A stretch of 14,156 nucleotides of DNA, from positions 1 to 14,156 of the forward strand of contig JBFEXS010000057.1 of NCBI GenBank assembly GCA_041562555.1. The letters are read 5' to 3'. Position numbers and translations under genes: made by a program. Source of the DNA: Sulfurimonadaceae bacterium. GTDB taxonomy: Bacteria > Campylobacterota > Campylobacteria > Campylobacterales > Sulfurimonadaceae. This document shows, piece after piece, positions 1-7,267 of the stretch (its first letter is position 1; every line of letters begins with the position of its first letter). The notes beneath the pieces were generated by a model. It had not been told where the DNA came from and did no database searches. It worked only from the letters and a program-made list of their open reading frames with translations.

Positions 1-1149
1 CTCGTGGTGATCAACATTGACAGGTTTAGAGAGATCAATACGATCTATGGTGAGAACATTGGCGATCTGGTTTTGCAAAAGATGGCTAAAGAGATTAAAA
101 ATGCACTCAATACCCGACACCTTCAACTTTACAAGCTTTCTGCAGACGAGTTCGCAATACTGGCAGGAAAAGAGATCTCCGTCGAACACTTTAGAGAAGA
201 TGTGACGATGCTGTCACATTATCTCAACCATGTAAAACTTGAATGTCTGGAACATGTTCTCTCCGTACGCCTTACTCTTGGTGCTGCGATCTCGGCGTTA
301 AACCACACACAAAGACCATTGATATCTATTGCGGATATGGCGCTTAAAGAGGCAAAAAGACGCATGCGTCCATATCTCTTTTATGATGCAATCTCATCGG
401 TGGATGAGGACCTGGAAAAGAATTATAAGATGATACAACTGATCGAGAAAGCGATTAAAGAAGACAGTGTAAGCTGCTGCTACCAGGGGATTATCAATGC
501 TCAAACCGGTGAAATCGAAAAATATGAGACTTTGATGCGTCTGGAAGATGAGCATGGAAAACAGATCTCGGCCTATAATTTTGTGGGTATTGCCAAACGT
601 TCACGTTTTTACCCTCAATTGACACAACGTGTGGTCCAGGAAGCTGTCTATACATTCTTAAAGCGAAAGGAGAGTGTGAGTATCAACCTCTCTGTGGATG
701 ATGTGATGGATGATGAGACCTATTTTTATATATTGGATATCTTGCGAAACTGTGATTGTGCAGACAGGGTTATCTTTGAGTTTCTCGAGACAGAAGAGAT
801 AGAGTTCAATGAACGCATCTATGACTTTATCACACAGGTAAAGAAACTTGGTGCCAAAATCGCCATCGACGATTTTGGAAGTGGATATAGTAATTATGCA
901 TATTTGATGAAACTGGGGGTTGATATCTTGAAGATCGATGCATCATTGATCAAAGAAGTGGATAAGAATGAACATTCACGTCTGATTACCAAATCGATTA
1001 TCGATATTGCCCATGCCTTAGGTATGAAGACTGTGGCAGAGCATGTCCATACAAAAGAGATAGAAAAAATCCTGAAAGAGTTGGGGGTTGATTATATGCA
1101 AGGTTTTTACTTGCATAAGCCGGTGTGTGAACTTCAGTTTACGGCCTAG
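1..1149 (+). CDS. GGDEF-EAL domain protein, 5'-truncated by the window edge; probable c-di-GMP phosphodiesterase with a degenerate cyclase site
   Basis: Frame is open from base 1 (LVVINIDRFREINTIYG, typical GGDEF start). The A-site reads SADEF. EAL domain motifs present: YETLMR, SINLS, IFEFLE, IAIDDFGSGYS, LKID, VAEHV, MQGFYLHKP. Confidence 0.9.
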   Translation, partial: LVVINIDRFREINTIYGENIGDLVLQKMAKEIKNALNTRHLQLYKLSADEFAILAGKEISVEHFREDVTMLSHYLNHVKLECLEHVLSVRLTLGAAISALNHTQRPLISIADMALKEAKRRMRPYLFYDAISSVDEDLEKNYKMIQLIEKAIKEDSVSCCYQGIINAQTGEIEKYETLMRLEDEHGKQISAYNFVGIAKRSRFYPQLTQRVVQEAVYTFLKRKESVSINLSVDDVMDDETYFYILDILRNCDCADRVIFEFLETEEIEFNERIYDFITQVKKLGAKIAIDDFGSGYSNYAYLMKLGVDILKIDASLIKEVDKNEHSRLITKSIIDIAHALGMKTVAEHVHTKEIEKILKELGVDYMQGFYLHKPVCELQFTA

Positions 1150-1363
1150 GAAGGAGCATAAACCTCTCTTTCTCTTTTTGATCAGCCAGATACTGATCTT
1201 TTTCATCGGTTGTGGATTCTTTTTTGTGCTCAAAAGATTTGAATTCAATTTCCTGCTTTTCACTGAAGAGCTTTTTAACGATCACCAAGATAATGATCAA
1301 TGCAAGGGCGATAAAAACTATGACACGCAGGGTCTTTAATGATTTTTGTGTGATCTTATCCAT
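1139..1363 (-). CDS. Small single-pass membrane protein (74 aa), unknown function
   Basis: ATG start 23 nt after the cheX-fusion stop, with GAGG upstream. Basic N-terminus, hydrophobic VIVFIALALIIILVIV segment, charged C-terminal tail. Confidence 0.65.
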   Translation of the reverse strand: MDKITQKSLKTLRVIVFIALALIIILVIVKKLFSEKQEIEFKSFEHKKESTTDEKDQYLADQKEKERFMLLPRP

Positions 1364-1386
1364 AATTCAAGTGTGCCTCAGTCATA

Positions 1387-2790
1387 TTATCGCGTTAAAA
1401 AGAAAGTGAAATTGTCGTTTTCAAATCCCAGATTGACCTGAACACCTTTTCGTTCACCGACAGTCTCCAGAAGTTCATCTATCTTGTCATAGGTGCGTGG
1501 GAGGGTTATATCTACACTGATGTCTTGTTCCGCCAGGAGAGACTTGACGCGACCGGCGATAATATTGACGAACTCAGCCAAGGTGTCCAGGATATCTTCA
1601 CGATCGTCGGTTTTTTCTCCCAGGAGCAGTTCACAGGCCTTCTTTGCGATTGTAAGGGGAAATATCAATATGACCATCCCGTCGATGTCACCATAAAATC
1701 CAATCGAACTGGCAAGCCGTTCGGCAGTACCAGTGATCTGAATCGTTTCGACTTTAACATCTTTTTTTTCTGCTTTTGTATTGGTCATCATCTCCATAGT
1801 ATTGACAGTAGCATTGATAAAACGCGGGAGCTGGTTTACAAGCACTTTATTCAAGGCACGTTTGTTCTTTTTGCTTGCACCTCCTGAACCGCCCAGCTCT
1901 TTTAAAAGCTCTTTGTCTTTTAGAATGTCATCCATTTTCTCAAAAAACAGCAATCCTGCGTCCTCAAGATCATTTTTGAAGTTCTCAGGTGTCTTTTCAA
2001 AAGTCATGCCGACAATACAGATATTAGCTCCGTATTCAGCCCCTGCACTGGCAAGCTTGGCAAAAAAGTTTACAGCGTGAACATTCATGGAAACGACTTT
2101 GTACGCGTCAAAGATAAAAAGCGTGAATCCGACATTAAGGGAATTCACGTGATAGGTCGTGTCAAAGTTGGCATCTATTTCCGTATCCAGAAAACCTGCA
2201 AGGGTGTAGATGATTGCATTTCCTGTTACTCGAGTAGCGATCTTTGAGCCCAATAAGCCAAGATAGGTGTTGTAGATAACAGCCTTATAAAGGTCCTGAT
2301 GGGCTTTTTTTTCATTAAACTCTTTTTCATTCTGTACGACAATAGGCGTATGACCGCGGTCAAATAGCTCTATTGCTAAAGCCGAACGCTGGGAGGGGTC
2401 TTCATGCCAGACTAAGACGGACTTTTCATTCTCTTTTTTCCCCTTCATACTCGGACCGAAAAGGGTTGCAATCTCATAGGTTCTAAAGAGTGAAAAATTT
2501 AAATCTGTAGTATAGAACTTCATGATACTGGTGTATTTTTTATCATCAAAATCGCAAAGACCAACGATGATCCCTGATTTTTTGTGGAGGTCATTAAGAA
2601 GTTTGATAAAGACACTTAGCCCATTCTTGTTAAAAAAGATCACCTTCTTCAAAGATACAAGCAACATGTCCACGTTAAGGGCTTGTGTGGCATGAATATC
2701 TTCGATTGTAAGTAAAGACGGGGCTGTTGTCCCATCCAGAAACCCCTGGGGATGAAATACCCCGATTCTATTTTTTACGACAGCGCGCAT
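1387..2790 (-). CDS. CheX-family phosphatase domain fused to two STAS-like domains and a partial receiver-like segment
   Basis: C-terminal ~150 aa has the CheX pattern (F-INATVNTMEMM, SSIGFYGDIDGMVILIFP, AEFVNIIAG with E-x-x-N, ITLP). The N-terminal part has two GFLD-containing STAS-like repeats. Confidence 0.8.
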   Translation of the reverse strand: MRAVVKNRIGVFHPQGFLDGTTAPSLLTIEDIHATQALNVDMLLVSLKKVIFFNKNGLSVFIKLLNDLHKKSGIIVGLCDFDDKKYTSIMKFYTTDLNFSLFRTYEIATLFGPSMKGKKENEKSVLVWHEDPSQRSALAIELFDRGHTPIVVQNEKEFNEKKAHQDLYKAVIYNTYLGLLGSKIATRVTGNAIIYTLAGFLDTEIDANFDTTYHVNSLNVGFTLFIFDAYKVVSMNVHAVNFFAKLASAGAEYGANICIVGMTFEKTPENFKNDLEDAGLLFFEKMDDILKDKELLKELGGSGGASKKNKRALNKVLVNQLPRFINATVNTMEMMTNTKAEKKDVKVETIQITGTAERLASSIGFYGDIDGMVILIFPLTIAKKACELLLGEKTDDREDILDTLAEFVNIIAGRVKSLLAEQDISVDITLPRTYDKIDELLETVGERKGVQVNLGFENDNFTFFLTR

Positions 2791-2791
2791 T

Positions 2792-3604
2792 TTAAGCCTC
2801 TTCCATCATAAGTTGAGAAAACTCTTCGTATATCTCTTGAACAAATTCGATATTAAAGTCCAAAAAGTCATTTAATCCGGCCTGGACGGCATTTGCCTGG
2901 GAAAGTTGATAAAAAAAGAGCAGATGCATCCATTGGGATAAGATCAGAATTTCCTTGTCTGTTTCTGAACTCTTTCCACTGGAGGCGTGAACGATCTTAT
3001 TGATCATCGGAGGCATCTCCCATGCTTCGGCGATCTTACGACAGAGATCAAAAAGGTCCATTCCACTTAAGCGTTGTAAAATGGTGTTGTAATCGATCTC
3101 TTTAACGGAGCGAAGTAGATTGACTTCTTCTTGTTTGTCCTTGAAAAGTGCTTCACATACGATGATCGAGGCGGGGAGCAAAGAGATCGAAGCGTGGATA
3201 CTCTTGTCCTCGATCCCTTTATACTCCAATATCTTTTTCCATGAGAGGGTGAGGGCGTCTTGAAGGTCTTGGAATGTATGTTGATCCAAGGTGAAAAGCT
3301 CCCACTTTTTTGGGGCAAGAAGGGAGATCATGTAGTTGTAGATGATCTGCTCGGCCTGGGCCAATCCGAGGACGCTGAAGATCTGCGGAAGTTCTTTGAT
3401 GTCATTTTTAAACCCGAAGATAGGCTTGTTGACAATATTCTGTAAATACAGTTTCAAGGCCGGGTCCTCATTTGCCTCATGGGCAGCCTTATTTAATTCC
3501 TGATCGCGTAGACAAAGTAAGACATTTTTAAGGACGGTTGGAGATGGGGGAATAGAGTGAATGTATCTTTTGATCTCTTCTTCTTTGAGCAAGCGTTTCT
3601 CCAT
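2792..3604 (-). CDS. Stand-alone HDOD domain protein lacking the HD motif
   Basis: HDOD pattern: IPPSP, DPAL, VNKPIFG, I-x-x-L-x-Q-I-x-x-x-LG, IAEAWEMP. LLPAS sits where LLHDIG is expected. Confidence 0.8.
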   Translation of the reverse strand: MEKRLLKEEEIKRYIHSIPPSPTVLKNVLLCLRDQELNKAAHEANEDPALKLYLQNIVNKPIFGFKNDIKELPQIFSVLGLAQAEQIIYNYMISLLAPKKWELFTLDQHTFQDLQDALTLSWKKILEYKGIEDKSIHASISLLPASIIVCEALFKDKQEEVNLLRSVKEIDYNTILQRLSGMDLFDLCRKIAEAWEMPPMINKIVHASSGKSSETDKEILILSQWMHLLFFYQLSQANAVQAGLNDFLDFNIEFVQEIYEEFSQLMMEEA

Positions 3605-3621
3605 GGATATAAATGTTGATT

Positions 3622-3630
3622 ATTCTATCA
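3622..3630 (-). promoter_or_regulatory. Putative extended -10 promoter (TGA-TAGAAT) for the HDOD/cheX unit
   Basis: Minus strand reads TGATAGAAT, ending 17 nt before the HDOD ATG. Confidence 0.5.
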
Positions 3631-3700
3631 TGTAAAGATGAAAAAGTAAATATGATTTTGCCTCCTGCTTTGGGCAAATAGCAAGCTATAAAGAGTCTCC

Positions 3701-3733
3701 TTAAGCCTATCTTATGCTAAAAGGAGATATTAT
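3701..3733 (+). promoter_or_regulatory. Putative sigma70-type promoter for rpmB (TTAAG ... GA-TATTAT)
   Basis: TTAAG at 3701-3705 and TATTAT at 3728-3733, followed by the AAGGAG RBS at 3752-3757. Confidence 0.35.
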
Positions 3734-3763
3734 TGCGCTATTAATTTAAGCAAGGAGCTTCAA

Positions 3764-3952
3764 ATGGCAAGAAAATGTGCTATTAGTGGTAAAGGTCCAA
3801 TGGCTGGGAACAATGTGTCTCACGCAAAGAACAGAACAAAAAGACGTTTTTTACCAAACCTACGTACAGTCCGTGTTACTTTAGAGGATGGAACAACTCG
3901 TAAAATCAAGATCTCAGCATCTGAATTACGTACAATGAAGAAAAATTCGTAG
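3764..3952 (+). CDS. rpmB: 50S ribosomal protein L28
   Basis: [33 protein letters not shown] is the L28 signature. Strong AAGGAG RBS. Confidence 0.98.
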   Translation: MARKCAISGKGPMAGNNVSHAKNRTKRRFLPNLRTVRVTLEDGTTRKIKISASELRTMKKNS

Positions 3953-3968
3953 TCGATAAGATTATAGA

Positions 3969-5099
3969 TTGAACCTGTTTCGTAAGATCCGGGCAGCACT
4001 TCACTGGGAGTCAGCTCCCAAACCTGATACCTCTCTATTGCCTAATATTTACGGGCATTTCAAAGCATTTCGTTTACCTTTAATTTTAACAGTTGTTACC
4101 ATGATGGTCGGTACTATCGGTTATGTCATGATCGATAATTTTACGCTTATGGATGCGATTTATCAGACCGGTATAACTTTTACGACAGTTGGTTTTGGCG
4201 AAATCTCACCAATCTCCGATGCCGGACGTATATTTACGATTACATTGATTATTGCAGGTTTTGCAGTTTTCTCTCTGGCTGTAGGTACGATGGTATCCGA
4301 GTTGAACAAGGGAGAATTGGTACGAATATTAAAGGAACGCAGTATGTTGTATAAGATCGCACGTCTTAAAAACCATTTTGTTATCTGTTATCATAATGAA
4401 TATACGATAGAGGTCAGCAAGCAGCTTTTAAAGAGCCATATTCCTTTTGTGGTGATTGATCCAAGTGAAAACCTTGAAGAGTTGGCTGTTAAGTATAAGT
4501 ATCCGTACTACATCAAAGCAGAACCGCATACTGAACTTGCAATGCTCAAGGCACACTTGAGTTCAGCAAAGGGTTTGATTACCTTATCGCATTCAATCGC
4601 TGACAATATCGCGCTTATTGCATCGGTTCGCCTGTTTGAAAAAGAGCATGAGATACCAGTCGCATATAATATTATCACCTCTGCAGAGAATATCTCTGAC
4701 TTGGAAAAGCTGAAGAAACTTGGTGCGAATACGGTCGTGACACCGACCAAGCTCACTGCTCAACGTATCACAGCCATGGCTGCCCATCCTGAGATGGAGA
4801 ATCTGCTTGAAGAGTTCATGTATCGTTCTGATACGCCTTTGGATATGGAAGAGGTGGAGATCCCTAAATATTCATGGATCGTGCTTAAAAAACTTAAAGA
4901 GACGCATTTGCGTAATATCGCGAATGTATCTGTGGTAGGTATCCGTAAAAAGGATGGAAAGTTCTCACCTATGCCAAAAGGAGATGTTTTGGTTACAAGT
5001 GAGTCAAAACTACTCTTGATAGGTACACAAAAGGGGATCAACATCACTAAGAACCTGATCAAGCAACGTGTTAAACCAGAGGAATTGAAATATGTCTAA
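3969..5099 (+). CDS. Two-TM potassium channel with RCK (TrkA-N/TrkA-C) domains, Helicobacter KchA/MthK-like architecture
   Basis: TM1 (LPLILTVVTMMVGTIGYV), pore helix and TTVGFG filter (4182-4199), TM2, then RCK domain (HFVIC, FVVID, KLGANTVV). TTG start. Confidence 0.92.
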   Translation: MNLFRKIRAALHWESAPKPDTSLLPNIYGHFKAFRLPLILTVVTMMVGTIGYVMIDNFTLMDAIYQTGITFTTVGFGEISPISDAGRIFTITLIIAGFAVFSLAVGTMVSELNKGELVRILKERSMLYKIARLKNHFVICYHNEYTIEVSKQLLKSHIPFVVIDPSENLEELAVKYKYPYYIKAEPHTELAMLKAHLSSAKGLITLSHSIADNIALIASVRLFEKEHEIPVAYNIITSAENISDLEKLKKLGANTVVTPTKLTAQRITAMAAHPEMENLLEEFMYRSDTPLDMEEVEIPKYSWIVLKKLKETHLRNIANVSVVGIRKKDGKFSPMPKGDVLVTSESKLLLIGTQKGINITKNLIKQRVKPEELKYV

Positions 5100-6276
5100 A
5101 ATTATCCCTAACGAAGCAGGTGTTTGTGCAGCATCTGGTTTTTATACGGATGGTATAGCAATCGGTTTAAAAGCGAAAGGCGCAAAAGACCTGGCATTCA
5201 TCTACTCAGATACGCCATGTGAGATTGCTTCCGTTTTTACAACGAATAAGATGACGGCTGCACCTATCCGTCATTTCCGTTCTCTTGGTGAGTTCAAAAC
5301 CAATTTTGTCCTTATCAATGCCAAAAATGCCAATGCAATGACAGGTCAGGCAGGAATAGACGACATCAATGAGATACTTGCAAAAGTCAGCGATAGGTTT
5401 GATGGCTTGCAAAACCCGGTAATGTCTTCTACCGGCGTGATCGGTGTACGTCTCCCGAAAGAGAAGATCATCGAAGGAGCACTGCAGTTTGACTTAAGCC
5501 GTCAAGAAGCGGTGAATGCCTCTGAAGCGATCATGACAACAGATACCTTTGCAAAGCGTATTGCCTTTGATGTAGAGTGTGAGGGCGGAAAGTTCAGTAT
5601 CGGTGCTATGGCTAAGGGTGCAGGGATGATCAATCCTGCTATGGCAACGATGCTTTGTTTTATAACTACGGATGCAGATGTAGATGCGAAGACAATGCAA
5701 GAACTTTTGGATGAACTGACAAAGACGACGTTCAATGCAGCAAGTGTGGATGGGGATACATCGACAAATGACACGGTTATGTTACTGTCAAATCGCAAAA
5801 GCGGTCTCTTCGATAAGGAAGGGTTCAAAGAAGCTTTAAGACGTGTCATGCATTTTCTTGCTCTGGAGATGGTGCGTGATGGTGAGGGTGCAACAAAACT
5901 TGTAGAGTATGTTGTTACCGGCGCAAAGGACAATGCCCAGGCAGAAAAGGCGGCCAAGGCACTGTCGGATTCTCTATTGGTGAAGACGGCACTCTTTGGA
6001 GAAGACCCTAACTGGGGTCGTATCGCTTCAACGATAGGTGCCAGTGGAATCGAGTGTGAAGAAGCACTGTTAAGTATCTCTTTTAATGAGCTCTGTGTCT
6101 ATGATAAAGGAAATCTTCTTTTTGATAAAGAGATGGAAGTCAAAGCTGCTGAAGTGATGAAAAGCCCAGAGTTCACTATATCATGTGACATCGGTATTGG
6201 CGATGGTCAGTTTACTGCATACGGCTGTGATCTGGGATATGAATATGTCAAGATCAACGCCGACTATAGAACATGA
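5092..6276 (+). CDS. argJ: Ornithine acetyltransferase / glutamate N-acetyltransferase
   Basis: Motifs VFTTN, NANA-x-TG, SSTGVIG, IMTTDT, KGAGMI-x-P-x-MATML (autocleavage Thr), VDGDTSTND, DGEGATK, DPNWGRI, GCDL-x-YEYVKINADYRT. Overlaps the channel stop by 8 nt. Confidence 0.97.
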   Translation: MSKIIPNEAGVCAASGFYTDGIAIGLKAKGAKDLAFIYSDTPCEIASVFTTNKMTAAPIRHFRSLGEFKTNFVLINAKNANAMTGQAGIDDINEILAKVSDRFDGLQNPVMSSTGVIGVRLPKEKIIEGALQFDLSRQEAVNASEAIMTTDTFAKRIAFDVECEGGKFSIGAMAKGAGMINPAMATMLCFITTDADVDAKTMQELLDELTKTTFNAASVDGDTSTNDTVMLLSNRKSGLFDKEGFKEALRRVMHFLALEMVRDGEGATKLVEYVVTGAKDNAQAEKAAKALSDSLLVKTALFGEDPNWGRIASTIGASGIECEEALLSISFNELCVYDKGNLLFDKEMEVKAAEVMKSPEFTISCDIGIGDGQFTAYGCDLGYEYVKINADYRT

Positions 6277-6382
6277 TGAGATCTGTCTAAAAAGCTTGTT
6301 TACTCATTAAGTCCCTATATCTCTTTTGAACACTCGTTGAAGATTGAAGTAGGGGATATTCCTATAGCGTGAAGGAAAGCGT

Positions 6383-7267
6383 ATCAAGAGGTTTATATTT
6401 CTTACTTTATGTATCTCACTTTGCATATACCTTTTTGTTGACTTTGAAGATGACAAAGGCAAGCCTGTCCTGTTAACACAAAAGCCTCAGACTAAACAGG
6501 TTGTGTATGAGGATTTTCCAAAAGAGTCGTTGACACCCGGCGGGATATTAAAGCTTCGTTTTCCTGAACGGCCGGATGTTTACATTAATGACACCTTGGT
6601 AAAAGTATTTGCAGTAAAACAAAAAAACGACTGGTTGGTCTTGATCCCTTTTTCTCTGTATAAGGGAGCTGAAAGTATACGGATGGTTTCAAAAACCTCT
6701 AAACTATTGCAGCTGCATCTTCTTGAACTTTCCCCGCCGAACTATGAAGTACAACACATCAGGGTAAAAAACAAAGAGTATGTCCGTGCTTCGAAAAACA
6801 CGCTTAAACGTATTGAAAAAGAGAGTCGGCTCAAGCGTGAAAGTTATGCACGGCATACCCGAAGTTTCATTAAAAATTTTAAGATGATCAAGCCTCTAGA
6901 CGTAAAACTGCGAAAAGATTTTGGTCGAAAACGTTTTTTTAACGGGGTCGCAAAGAATCCTCATGCGGGGATGGATCTCAGTGGCAAGATCGGGGATAAG
7001 ATAAAAGCACCGCTTTCCGGAACAGCAATACTATTAGGGGACCTTTTCTACAACGGTAACATGTTGTTACTCGACCATGGTCAAGGCCTTATCACTGCTT
7101 ATTCCCATCTCTCAAAGATATATGTCGAGAATGATCAATGGGTACGACAGGGGGAATTTATAGCTGAGGTAGGTGCAACCGGAAGGGCAACCGGTCCCCA
7201 TCTTCATTGGAGTGTTTATCTAAACGGTGAACCGGTTAATCCAGAATTATTTTTGGACCTTCGGTAA
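6383..7267 (+). CDS. M23-family zinc metallopeptidase (peptidoglycan endopeptidase) with N-terminal hydrophobic anchor; start uncertain (ATC 6383, frameshifted GTG 6369, or GTG 6503)
   Basis: HAGMD (HxxxD) and GPHLHW (HxH) zinc motifs, plus DHGQG, YSHLS and VGATGRATG. The frame stays open upstream of 6503 back to the TAG at 6365-6367. Confidence 0.88.
   Translation: MKRFIFLTLCISLCIYLFVDFEDDKGKPVLLTQKPQTKQVVYEDFPKESLTPGGILKLRFPERPDVYINDTLVKVFAVKQKNDWLVLIPFSLYKGAESIRMVSKTSKLLQLHLLELSPPNYEVQHIRVKNKEYVRASKNTLKRIEKESRLKRESYARHTRSFIKNFKMIKPLDVKLRKDFGRKRFFNGVAKNPHAGMDLSGKIGDKIKAPLSGTAILLGDLFYNGNMLLLDHGQGLITAYSHLSKIYVENDQWVRQGEFIAEVGATGRATGPHLHWSVYLNGEPVNPELFLDLR

Noticed and set aside
1088..1409. 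Plus-strand ORFs 1088-1339 and 1212-1409
   Set aside because: Antisense to the 74-aa gene, which fits the operon and has a better topology. Their Phe-richness mirrors its Lys/Glu codons.
1762..2312. A8 tracts in the cheX fusion (1762-1769, 2305-2312) as phase-variation sites
   Set aside because: Short, in frame and explained by Glu/Lys codons. Phase variation in this phylum typically uses longer poly-G/C tracts.
6311..6367. Imperfect hairpins after argJ (CCCTA...TAGGG; TAGG...CCTA) as a terminator or RNA element
   Set aside because: The stems need several bulges or G-U pairs, and no U-tract follows.
6369..6476. 35-codon ORF from GTG 6369 as an independent small protein
   Set aside because: It overlaps the M23 anchor-coding frame and has a poorly spaced RBS. 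Better treated as part of the M23 start problem.
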